Origin: an uncultured Planctomycetota bacterium
GTDB lineage: Bacteria > Planctomycetota > JBBTDB01
DNA: 64,000 bases
NCBI GenBank assembly: GCA_964530615.1
Contig: CAZHAR010000010.1
Span: 17,151 to 81,150, forward strand
Reading direction: 5' to 3'
The notes under the pieces were generated by a model that was not told where the DNA came from, did no database searches, and was given only the letters and a program-made list of their open reading frames with translations. Made by a program: the position numbers and the translations under genes. This document shows positions 38,985-47,671 of the stretch, piece after piece; position 1 is the stretch's first letter; every line of letters starts with the position of its first letter.

Positions 38985-40232
38985 TCACGCTGTAAACAGG
39001 GTCCCTTTGGACAAGCAATGGCTTAACTTACGATAAACATGTCGCAAATTTTCTCGCGAAAGGTCGTTATTAAGCGCCTTAATAATGCGAGTCGAGAGTG
39101 TGCCCTGATTAAAAATGATATCTAGGGCCGGTTTCCAGCGTTGTGCAAAACGATCCTGATCTTTTTGAAAAAGACGATCCGTGAGTTGTTTCCAAACGTC
39201 TCCGGCTGTACAAGATTTAGCAGAAGAAATTCCTAGAGTTTGTAAATAAGAAATATCGGAAATAACTGTATTTTCTGCGTCTTGAATACAAGCAAGGAAT
39301 AAAGGTTCAAGCGCTTCAACCGGCCAGGATTTTTGTTTTTCGTAAGAAATCCATTCTTCGCTAACGAGGGCTTTTAAGAGTTGAACAATCAGCGCCATAA
39401 TCGAGAGATCGGCGAGCGGGCACTCTTGAATATCTAAAATACGGATTTCAATTGCGTAGCGATCGAACCGGACAATGGCTCCACGAGAGTTGAGCCATTC
39501 GTAGCGGAGAAGTCCTTTCGGATCATAAGGTGCGATATCGTTCCAAATGCGGTGGAAAATTTTTTCTTCATACTCGCGACGAGTAAAGACTTGTTCCGGG
39601 ATAATTTTTCCGGCGATAGAAGGCACTTTAATCTGATTTTTTCGATAGATATCGAGCCGAGTATCCCGTTTCCCAGAGAGTTTTTCTTCCATGACAGGAG
39701 AACTTGCGGAAAGGGCAGGGAGAATCGGGAGAATGAGGCGAATAGCGGCATGAAGTCTTCCGAGTTCTTCATCATTAGCGAAGGGGAGATTTAAATGAGT
39801 ACTTTGAAGGTTAGAGAATCCATGATGTCGGCAATTGAAGATGCGGTCGTAGGTTTCATAAACTTCATTATAGCCATGGGGCCATAGTTGCATTTCTTTA
39901 GTGGGGTTCATCCATGGATGCATCCCGCTCCCCAGAAGTTGGCCATGTTTGGAGGATAAGATCTGATTAATTTCGGCAATACTCGTTTGAAATTTTTCGG
40001 GAAGTCCCTCTAATAGTGGCGAAGGGCCATTGGTTTTCAGTTCAATTAAGTGAAGAACAAGTTCATTAGACCAAGCGATAGGGCCACGTTCAACATCTTC
40101 GACAAATTCTCCGGCGATGCTATATAAAATCTGATCGGAAATGGGGAGAACCGAGAGGGTTTCATTATGGACAATCATGTATTCCATCTCGATTCCATAA
40201 CCTTCGAACAAGTGAAGGAATTGATCGCTCAT
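38985..40232 (-). CDS. GCS2-family carboxylate-amine ligase (YbdK-like glutamate-cysteine-ligase family 2)
   Basis: GIEMEYMIV corresponds to YbdK GIELEMQVV, GSGMHPW to GGGTHPF, and LILPILPALSASSPVMEEKLSGKRDTRLDIY to [30 protein letters not shown]. Confidence 0.8.
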   Translation of the reverse strand: MSDQFLHLFEGYGIEMEYMIVHNETLSVLPISDQILYSIAGEFVEDVERGPIAWSNELVLHLIELKTNGPSPLLEGLPEKFQTSIAEINQILSSKHGQLLGSGMHPWMNPTKEMQLWPHGYNEVYETYDRIFNCRHHGFSNLQSTHLNLPFANDEELGRLHAAIRLILPILPALSASSPVMEEKLSGKRDTRLDIYRKNQIKVPSIAGKIIPEQVFTRREYEEKIFHRIWNDIAPYDPKGLLRYEWLNSRGAIVRFDRYAIEIRILDIQECPLADLSIMALIVQLLKALVSEEWISYEKQKSWPVEALEPLFLACIQDAENTVISDISYLQTLGISSAKSCTAGDVWKQLTDRLFQKDQDRFAQRWKPALDIIFNQGTLSTRIIKALNNDLSRENLRHVYRKLSHCLSKGTLFTA

Positions 40233-40238
40233 AAAAAA

Positions 40239-41720
40239 TTACCTTCTTTTATTGCGTTTTCCCTCTTTCAATTTAATAATGCGATTCAGGAAAACTTCCA
40301 TAATACGATTGTATAAATTCTCTTTAGTGGCTAAATCTTCTACGTCCCCGTCAATATTAGGATTATCATTAATTTCAATCACATAAAATTTTCCGTTCAC
40401 TTCTTTTAAATCGACTCCATAAAGACCATCGCCGACGAGATTTGCGGCCTTTGTTGCCACAGAGATCAATTTTTTTGGAGCCTTTTCTATGGCGAATGTT
40501 TCGGCACCCCCATGGAATCCTTTTTCATTTTCTTGTTTGCTCCAGTTGAGAATCTGCCAATGTTCTTCGGCCATAAAATATTTGCAGACATAAAGAGGTT
40601 TTTGGTCAACGATTCCAACGCGCCAATCAAACGAAGTGGGCAAAAATTCTTGAATCAGAATCAAATCCGATTTTTGAAAGAGTCGATCTAATTCGCGGGC
40701 GAGTTGTTCTTCATTAACGACTTTCATGACTCCTAGCGAAAAGGAACTATCGGGTTGCTTAAGAATACAGGGGAATCCGATGGTTTCAGTGATAGTCGTC
40801 AATTCTGTTTTTTTGTGAATAATGAGGGTTTTGGGGGTTAGAATTTCATGTCGACTCATTAATTCGGCCAAATACACTTTATTTGAGCATTTGAGAATAG
40901 ATTCCGGATCATCCATAACAACGAGTCCTTCGGCTTCTGCGCGTTGTGCAAAGCGGAAGGTATGATGATTGACTTTGGTCGTTTCTCGAATAAAGAGTGC
41001 ATCGAATTCGGCCAAACGGCCGTAATCATCTTTACTAATAAATTCGGTAAACAGTTCCATTTTTTCCGCCGCTTTAATAAAGCGTTTCAAAGCGTCCGCA
41101 TCGGAAGGAGGGTGAGCCTCAGATTCATTCACTAAAATAGCTAAATCATAACGATAGGCCGCTCGTTTTTGACGACCGGAGCGCCGAAGAAAATATTCTT
41201 GAGCAAATTCAACGATATAGAGTCGGTGTTCTTCAGAAATTTCATCGGTTGGAATAGGGCCTATACTTTGTAAGTACCATTGTCCATCGAAAGCAAATTG
41301 AGCTCGTAGGAGAGGCGCTTCAAACTGATTAAAGAGTTGTAAGCTCAGACGATCGTATTTTTTCGCCATATTTTTCCCGAAATAAATACTGAGCGTAAAC
41401 TCTTTAGATTGAATAGGCGCTAAGATTTTTTGAATTAATTCATCCAGATCCTCGGAAACGATTCGAATAATAGCTTGAGATTTGAAGTCCTGGATTGTAG
41501 AAACACTGGGAATCGCACGATGTCCTCGCGCCGCGGCTAAAAGAGATACATAGTATCCTATGCTTTGATAACGATAAGAACGGCACAAATTAAAGACTTT
41601 TGCGCCTCGTATTTTGTGATATTCTGTATTAGTGATGTAACTTTTTGCCGCAACAATTTCAATTCCGTCCAACTTAAATGGCCATTCGGTAGGATTATCT
41701 ACAATAATGAGGGTCGGCAT
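40239..41720 (-). CDS. RimK-type ATP-grasp ligase with an N-terminal ~200 aa domain of unknown function
   Basis: The C-terminal ATP-grasp region reads ...GFPCILKQPDSSFSLGVMKVVNEEQLARELDRLFQKSDLILIQEFLPTSFDWRVGIVD...YGVDLKEVNGKFYVIEINDNPNID. The N-terminal domain resembles what I recall being described as the RimK-like ATP-grasp N-terminal (RLAN) domain; that recollection is from memory only. A 6-nt gap separates it from the GCS2 gene. Confidence 0.75.
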   Translation of the reverse strand: MPTLIIVDNPTEWPFKLDGIEIVAAKSYITNTEYHKIRGAKVFNLCRSYRYQSIGYYVSLLAAARGHRAIPSVSTIQDFKSQAIIRIVSEDLDELIQKILAPIQSKEFTLSIYFGKNMAKKYDRLSLQLFNQFEAPLLRAQFAFDGQWYLQSIGPIPTDEISEEHRLYIVEFAQEYFLRRSGRQKRAAYRYDLAILVNESEAHPPSDADALKRFIKAAEKMELFTEFISKDDYGRLAEFDALFIRETTKVNHHTFRFAQRAEAEGLVVMDDPESILKCSNKVYLAELMSRHEILTPKTLIIHKKTELTTITETIGFPCILKQPDSSFSLGVMKVVNEEQLARELDRLFQKSDLILIQEFLPTSFDWRVGIVDQKPLYVCKYFMAEEHWQILNWSKQENEKGFHGGAETFAIEKAPKKLISVATKAANLVGDGLYGVDLKEVNGKFYVIEINDNPNIDGDVEDLATKENLYNRIMEVFLNRIIKLKEGKRNKRR

Positions 41721-41829
41721 ATTATTTTTTTAGTATCCCTTAATCAGAAGAAAAAATAGGTTTTGTTGATGAATTTAATTTAGATGTATTTAATTTAAAC
41801 ACTTTCAGAAAGGAAGAAAAGAGAGAATT

Positions 41830-43242
41830 TTAAGAGAACGAAAAAGATTCATTCATTTTAGGGATATAAATTTCTTTTAAATCCATTGTTTCCTTTAGTT
41901 TTTCTGCAAAAGCCGTCGCGGCAATTTCTTCTCCATGAATAAGAAATGTTTTTTCCGGTTTTTTTTTGAGAGAGTGGGTCCACCTCAATAAATCATGTTG
42001 GTCCGCGTGTCCGCTTAAACTAGTAAGCACTTCGACTTGAGCTTTGAGCTTATAAAATTCTCCAAAAATTTTGACTTCCGGTTGTTGTTCCCAAATATAA
42101 CGGCCCAGAGTATTCGGTGCCTGCCATCCCGTAATCAGGATGGTATTTCGAGCGTCCTCAATCCGATACTTCAAATGATGTAAAATTCGTCCGTTCTCCA
42201 TCATTCCGCTAGCACTAATAATAATCGCGGGCTCTTTTAAGTGGTTTAATTCTTTCGATTTTTGTACCGAAGAAACATAATGGACTCCCGGAAAATCGAA
42301 AGGATTTTGATCTTCATCTCCTAATAAAAAATTCTGGAGTTCAGAATCATAGAGTTCTGGATGAAGCAAAAAGATTTCGGTCGCGCGAATCGCCAAGGGG
42401 CTATCGATATAAATGGGTAGAAAGGGAATCTTTTTTTGAGTGTGTAATCGATGAAGTAGATAAAGAATTTGTTGCGTTCGTTCTATAGCGAATGCGGGAA
42501 TCAAGAGACATCCTTGTCGCTCATAAGTTTGCGAAACAATCCGTTGTAATTCTTTTTCTAGATCCGCGAGTGGCGGGTGAATACGATTGCCGTAAGTGCT
42601 TTCAATCAAAAGGATATCGGCTCCTTCTGGAACTGTTTTTGGATCGCGAATGATGGGGAGTCCGGGACGTCCTAAATCTCCTGTAAAAACCAGACGAATT
42701 TCTTTTCCAGATTGGTTTTCGTGAATATCGAGGAGGGTGATAGCGCTTCCTAGGATGTGTCCCGCATCGATAAAAGTGAGGGTGATTCCGGGAAAAATTT
42801 CCAGTTTTCGATCATAAGGGAGCCCGATAAATTGTCTCAAGGATTGAAATACATCTTCTTCTGTATAAAGAGGCTCAAAAAGATTCTTTTTTTGTTTTTC
42901 TCGTTTACGATTGACATATTCCACGTCACGCTGTTGGATTTTAGCACTATCTAAAAGCATCACTGCCGATAAATCGCGTGTGGCGGCAGTGCAAAAAATA
43001 GTTCCGCGAAATCCTCGTTTGACGAAAGAAGGGATATTTCCGGAGTGGTCGATATGGGCATGAGAGAGGATCACGGCATCTACCGTTTTGGCATCGCAGA
43101 AGCCTCTTCGATTGAGTTCAAACGATTCTTTTCGTTTCCCTTGAAAGAGGCCACAATCTAATAAAATTCGTCGGTCATTCACTTCAATTAAATGTTGAGA
43201 ACCGGTGACGGTACGAGCCGCTCCATAAAAAGTAATTTTCAT
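41830..43242 (-). CDS. MBL-fold beta-CASP hydrolase (RNA-metabolising metallo-beta-lactamase, CPSF73/RNase J-like)
   Basis: MKITFYGAARTVTGSQHLIE...ILLDCGLFQG...LSHAHIDHSG carries the HxHxDH motif II. The C-terminal beta-CASP motifs D, H and H are appropriately spaced (TGDLG, HASGH-like). Confidence 0.75.
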   Translation of the reverse strand: MKITFYGAARTVTGSQHLIEVNDRRILLDCGLFQGKRKESFELNRRGFCDAKTVDAVILSHAHIDHSGNIPSFVKRGFRGTIFCTAATRDLSAVMLLDSAKIQQRDVEYVNRKREKQKKNLFEPLYTEEDVFQSLRQFIGLPYDRKLEIFPGITLTFIDAGHILGSAITLLDIHENQSGKEIRLVFTGDLGRPGLPIIRDPKTVPEGADILLIESTYGNRIHPPLADLEKELQRIVSQTYERQGCLLIPAFAIERTQQILYLLHRLHTQKKIPFLPIYIDSPLAIRATEIFLLHPELYDSELQNFLLGDEDQNPFDFPGVHYVSSVQKSKELNHLKEPAIIISASGMMENGRILHHLKYRIEDARNTILITGWQAPNTLGRYIWEQQPEVKIFGEFYKLKAQVEVLTSLSGHADQHDLLRWTHSLKKKPEKTFLIHGEEIAATAFAEKLKETMDLKEIYIPKMNESFSFS

Positions 43243-43266
43243 ATCGCTATTCGTCTTTTCCTTGGG

Positions 43267-44685
43267 TTATCGCAAATTTTGAGAACGATCTTGCATAATA
43301 TGATATCTTTTTAAGATTCGATCCTTTGATTTTTTGACGCTCTCCATTTCTAAAATAATTAAACTATTACTAGAAGTTCTTAATTCCAGCGAGTCCTGGG
43401 TCTTTTCAAGTTTTTCGACAAAATCCTGAATGTGACGAGGTTTTTCGCCATTCACGGTCGAAATACATTCATTATAAAGATTCTCATAACCGACATTAAT
43501 TTCATCGGAAAGAATTTGTGTGACCAGAATCACCTCTTCCCGATCTTCCGTACAGTTTCCAGAATAATATTGATAGAGAAGTTCAGGTGGAGCTTTATCC
43601 CACCATTCTTCCCATGTGTTCAGGAAATTATAAGTCAGTGGCTGAAAGACGAGTCCAGCAAAAATAAAATAACTAGGCGTTTGATCATATTGGCTGTAAG
43701 GAACTAAATGTTTTAAAGGTTGAAGTTTTAGGCGAATTTTTTTAATTTTACCCTGTCGCAGAATTTTTAATTGGATGGTGTCGCCCACATACTTTTGTCC
43801 TAAAACGACATCATATCGAGTACGATAGCGATTCAGATACAAAATGGTTCCATTGTTGGCGATAGAAGCCCCTTCAATTTCTAATAGAACATCTCCCGGG
43901 TTCAGATGACCCCAGGCTGATCCTCCGTACGCCACGGTTTTAACCATCACTCCGGTCATTCCTGCTTTCATGGATAAATGTTTTCTCAGCAGAGGGTTTT
44001 CCAGTTTTTGAGTAATGACACTTAATGCAGGAACTACAGGAGATTTTTTCGAATCAATTCCTTTTAAAAAGTGTCGAATGATATTTGCGGGAACCATTTC
44101 TCCAATATTTTCGGCATGATTGAGTTTTTGGAAAGCGATTCCAGCAATTTTTCCGTCTTTAAAGACAGGACCCCCGCTATTTCCTTTATTAATAGCCGCA
44201 TCAACGGTTACGGCTAAAATTTTTCGTTGAGAATGGCTATATTGCTGAACTTCAATTCGAGAAACGACCCCCTCGGTGATTGAAATTTCTTCGCCTCCAA
44301 TCGGAAAACCAACCACGGAGACTTTGTCTCGTAAATTGGGAATCTCTCCGAGCGTTGCGGGTTCGACTTCTTTTAAAAAATCTTGATCTTCGATGGTTAA
44401 GAGCGCTAAATCACAATCATGGCAAACGGATTTCACATGCACAACGGTTTTATTCGGATCTGCATTTTTTTGAATCTTTAAAAAAGTGGAATTCGCGATG
44501 ACATGGGCACCCGTTAAAATTTCATTGGGTCGAATTAAAACACCAGAACCCGTACAATTGGCGGTCCGTAAAGATTGCCAAGGACAATCATAATCGGGGT
44601 CCTGAACGGTTGCAAAAATTCGTACCACTTGGGGATAAGAGGTTGCTTGATTTTCAGAATGAAAATTACTCAAAATGGCTTCCAA
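43267..44685 (-). CDS. Cytoplasmic trypsin-like serine protease (S1 family) with a C-terminal extension
   Basis: There is no signal peptide. ILTGAHVI (His), DLALLTI (Asp) and NKGNSGGPVF (Ser) are present, followed by a C-terminal ~250 aa domain. Confidence 0.7.
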   Translation of the reverse strand: MEAILSNFHSENQATSYPQVVRIFATVQDPDYDCPWQSLRTANCTGSGVLIRPNEILTGAHVIANSTFLKIQKNADPNKTVVHVKSVCHDCDLALLTIEDQDFLKEVEPATLGEIPNLRDKVSVVGFPIGGEEISITEGVVSRIEVQQYSHSQRKILAVTVDAAINKGNSGGPVFKDGKIAGIAFQKLNHAENIGEMVPANIIRHFLKGIDSKKSPVVPALSVITQKLENPLLRKHLSMKAGMTGVMVKTVAYGGSAWGHLNPGDVLLEIEGASIANNGTILYLNRYRTRYDVVLGQKYVGDTIQLKILRQGKIKKIRLKLQPLKHLVPYSQYDQTPSYFIFAGLVFQPLTYNFLNTWEEWWDKAPPELLYQYYSGNCTEDREEVILVTQILSDEINVGYENLYNECISTVNGEKPRHIQDFVEKLEKTQDSLELRTSSNSLIILEMESVKKSKDRILKRYHIMQDRSQNLR

Positions 44686-44743
44686 TCTTCTTTAGGGTTA
44701 TCCGGAAAGTGAATTGTTTTTGTTTTTTTCTCAGAGCTCGTTT

Positions 44744-45376
44744 TCATTTGTTTTCTGGTTTCAGTGAGGAAGAAATGATTCCCAGTCGTTCAAGAAGGCT
44801 TCGACGCAATTCATCAAAATAGATCCACCATTGATCCGGGAGAGACTTTCGAAGTTGGTGTTGATTCCAACACCGTTCTGTAAAGGCATAAGCCAGAGAA
44901 AAGTGACCCATCGCGATTAAGGATTCAATATTAGAAATTGCGTTTTTTGGGTCATCGGTTTCGTCCACAGACGCTCCTATTTCTTGTTGAAGAACGTGTC
45001 GAATGGTATCAAATTGAGAAAGTTGATGAATCTGAAGGCTAAGCGAAATTTCTTTCGGCCAAGGATTATAAGAACTATCGAACAATTGGCAAAGGATTGA
45101 ACCTTCAGAAACCGTCACTTCCAAAGAAAATTGTATATTATAGAGATCGGTGTTTTCTCCTTGAGCTTTAACTCGAAACCAAAGTTGAGAATGCTCCGCT
45201 TCCCAAATTTCTTCTCGAAGGGAGTATCCTTGCGGATGAGATGCTTCCAAATCCTGAAACGCGGTCAATTGGAAAGGAAGGCGTTCTTTTTGTTGGAGTT
45301 GTGCCGCAATCTGTTGAAAAATATCCAACATCGATTCGACAGAAATCTCGGATCGAAAATAGAGTCCTAAATTCAT
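44744..45376 (-). CDS. Hypothetical protein
   Basis: 210 aa, co-directional with the upstream protease operon genes. Confidence 0.4.
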   Translation of the reverse strand: MNLGLYFRSEISVESMLDIFQQIAAQLQQKERLPFQLTAFQDLEASHPQGYSLREEIWEAEHSQLWFRVKAQGENTDLYNIQFSLEVTVSEGSILCQLFDSSYNPWPKEISLSLQIHQLSQFDTIRHVLQQEIGASVDETDDPKNAISNIESLIAMGHFSLAYAFTERCWNQHQLRKSLPDQWWIYFDELRRSLLERLGIISSSLKPENK

Positions 45377-45397
45377 AATTTTTTGCTGTAAGACGAT

Positions 45398-45865
45398 TTA
45401 CTTCGATTCGAATAAATTTCGTATCGTATCCACCCGTTTTCGATTGACTCCAAAATCACTGTAGCCCAAACGAGAAGACGCTCGAATCTGGATTTTCCCT
45501 TCTTCCAAATAAAACTCGGTATCATCAATAAAGCCTAATAACGAAGACCGTGTTTCGACACGAATATAGTTCTCTTTTTGCAAAAGAATCGTTGCGGTTG
45601 GAATTTGTTGAATACATTGAAGCAATTTTTGACGAGCGTTCGCGATTGGACCTTGAAAAGACAAGGGTTCCACTTTTTTTTCGGAAACCTCTGTTTGCGA
45701 AGAAACACAATTCGGACGATTGGGAAGCGGAGTGAATTTACCTTCTTGTACCCCAAGACTTGGTGCCGAACTCATGGCTTTGATACCATAACGGGCTCCA
45801 AAAAACCCAATGACAAGCAAAAGAATCGCAAAACCAAACCATTGCATTTTTTTTCTCTGCACCAT
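45398..45865 (-). CDS. Hypothetical membrane/exported protein (N-terminal TM anchor)
   Basis: 155 aa with N-terminal FGFAILLLVIGFFGA. No confident family assignment. Confidence 0.4.
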   Translation of the reverse strand: MVQRKKMQWFGFAILLLVIGFFGARYGIKAMSSAPSLGVQEGKFTPLPNRPNCVSSQTEVSEKKVEPLSFQGPIANARQKLLQCIQQIPTATILLQKENYIRVETRSSLLGFIDDTEFYLEEGKIQIRASSRLGYSDFGVNRKRVDTIRNLFESK

Positions 45866-45928
45866 GAATTGTTCCTTAATAAAGAGAGGGGGATGAAATT
45901 CGAGATTTTATTTGATCAATCACTTGTT

Positions 45929-46468
45929 TCATTTTAATTTTCCGATTTCTTCTAACAAGTGAGTCTCTGAAAATCCGCGAATTTTTTTATTATTAATTAA
46001 AATTACGGGAACTCCTCCGCCTCCCAATTTTTTAAACTGGGAGGAATATTCGGGTTGGGTCACATCATAATCCACAAACACAACACGGTGTTTTTTTAAG
46101 AAGGCTTTTGCTGATTGACAAGGGACTCAGGTTGGAGAGCTAAAAACGACCGCTTGTACCACTCGGTCGGTTGGAAAAAATTCCGCAAATTTTTGGGCAT
46201 CAATTTCACTGACTTCCGTATTAGAAGAGCGCGTCAGAAACACAATAAGCGCAGAAAAAATAAAAAAAGAAAGGACAAGCCAAGAAATTAAATGTCCTGA
46301 ATCTATTTTTTCGAAATTTGCGGGAGTTTTTTCGAGGAAGGGCTCGGGTACAGAATTAGGATTTTCTAAAGGATCTTGCCATTGATTTTCGTTGTCCATA
46401 AGATATCTCCTGAGCGTTTTTCTAGTATTTTGGGGAAGTAAATCCAACATGAACAATACGATGGCCAA
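45929..46468 (-). CDS. Membrane-anchored glutaredoxin/thioredoxin-fold protein interrupted by an in-frame TGA at the first Cys of the redox motif. It is either a candidate selenoprotein (UxxC) or a Cys-to-stop pseudogene.
   Basis: The track ORF at 46127-46468 ends ...VVQAVVFSSPT then TGA. Reading on gives VPCQSAKAFLKKHRV(C)FVDYDVTQPEYSSQFKKLGGGGVPVILINNKKIRGFSETHLLEEIGKLK and a stop at about 45929-45931. Together these form a complete glutaredoxin fold in which T-U-VPCQSAKAFL aligns with the Grx motif S-C-PYCQRAKALL. Whether the downstream part stays in frame depends on the length of an A-run/GT-run at about 46074-46090, which I could not count with certainty. The distance implied by the ORF-track coordinates is 195 nt (65 codons), which favours the in-frame reading. 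Confidence 0.5.
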
Positions 46469-47303
46469 TCCATTTTTTGATTCTGGGAAAACGAGTACTC
46501 CACCAAATCCATTTCCAACGGTGTGGATACAAATCGAACATATGCCATTCTTGAAATAATTGAATTCTTGGATCCCAGAGCGTCAGGTTTTGAGTGTTTC
46601 GTAAGCCCCATAAGAACTGAGGAATCGGCTTTTGCATTTTAGCAACACTCGGAACCCAATTGCTTCGCCCCACTGCTCCTGGACCAATCGCTTCAAAAAT
46701 TATTTCTCCTTGGGGAAAATACGAAAGAATCTGTTGGATAAGTTGCTGAACATCTGGCGGGGAAAGGTACATAAATAGCCCTTCCGCAATAATTAAAACG
46801 GGTGATTTGGGAACCGCGATTTTTTTTAGCCATGAAAAATCAAGTACCGATTGACCCATCCATCGATACCGCTCTGTTTCTTGAAAAAAATGATGTTTCA
46901 ATTGGATCACTTCGGGTTGATCGAGTTCATACCAGAGAATCTGTCCATTATCAAGACGCGAAAAACGGGTATCCAGTCCAGCGCCTAAGTTAATCACCGT
47001 AGATTGCGGATATTTTTGGAGAAAGGCCAGAGTTTGTTGATCAATCAGGTGCGTACGAATTGCAATAGAAAGTTGAGTGGCCCAGTCCTTTTGGAACTTG
47101 GAGAAATCGTAGTTAAGAGTTTCCAGCAACTCGACCGATTTAGGATCGCGGATGATGGGTTGAGGATGCTTGGTTTCTTTAGCACGTGCCCAAAGAGGAA
47201 TTAAAAGGGTTTCGGCAACTCCGGAAAGGATGGGGTCCACTGATATTACCGTAAGTTTAACTGTTGAGTTGATCTTTAATTTTCTCGAACGCTTCATCGA
47301 CAA
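46422..47303 (-). CDS. Class I SAM-dependent methyltransferase, TcmP/LCMT (leucine carboxyl methyltransferase)-like
   Basis: VINLGAGLDTRFSRL matches the conserved NLGAGxDTR motif of this family. Confidence 0.65.
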   Translation of the reverse strand: MSMKRSRKLKINSTVKLTVISVDPILSGVAETLLIPLWARAKETKHPQPIIRDPKSVELLETLNYDFSKFQKDWATQLSIAIRTHLIDQQTLAFLQKYPQSTVINLGAGLDTRFSRLDNGQILWYELDQPEVIQLKHHFFQETERYRWMGQSVLDFSWLKKIAVPKSPVLIIAEGLFMYLSPPDVQQLIQQILSYFPQGEIIFEAIGPGAVGRSNWVPSVAKMQKPIPQFLWGLRNTQNLTLWDPRIQLFQEWHMFDLYPHRWKWIWWSTRFPRIKKWIGHRIVHVGFTSPKY

Positions 47304-47610
47304 CGGCCGCGGTCACTTCGTCAACAATCACGTCCGTCAGATCTTCACATTTTCCCTTGGTGTATTTTTCGACTTCTGTTTGGACCAATTCCGACGTTTT
47401 CAAGGTCACTGCTTCTTTCAGTTGTTCTTCCGCTACTTCGGCCCAAGACGAGTCTGAAAGTAGTTTTTTCATCACAATCCCGGTGATCTGGGTTACGGCT
47501 TCGGTTTTCAGTTTGTCTTTTGCTTTTTCTTTTAAAGAGGCTTCTACTTTATTTTTAGACTGGTCTAACGTACTTTCCATTTTCGCTTTTAGTTTATCAA
47601 AAAGTCCCAT
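47257..47610 (-). CDS. Small K/E-rich alpha-helical protein of unknown function
   Basis: 117 aa, highly charged and helical (phasin-like composition). It overlaps the start of the downstream methyltransferase by 47 nt. Confidence 0.35.
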   Translation of the reverse strand: MGLFDKLKAKMESTLDQSKNKVEASLKEKAKDKLKTEAVTQITGIVMKKLLSDSSWAEVAEEQLKEAVTLKTSELVQTEVEKYTKGKCEDLTDVIVDEVTAAVVDEAFEKIKDQLNS

Positions 47611-47671
47611 ATAATTCTCCTGAACAACGAATGGTTTTCTTCGATTTCATCTTACCGTTTGAAAAAAATTA

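Noticed and set aside
46060-46095. Programmed frameshift or phase-variable (GT)n tract within the glutaredoxin-like gene
   Set aside because: An apparent 1-nt frame offset between the two halves depends on my count of an A-run/GT-run. The ORF-track coordinates imply one more nucleotide than I counted, which restores a single continuous frame. It is most likely a reading artefact on my part rather than biology, and it is flagged inside the selenoprotein finding.
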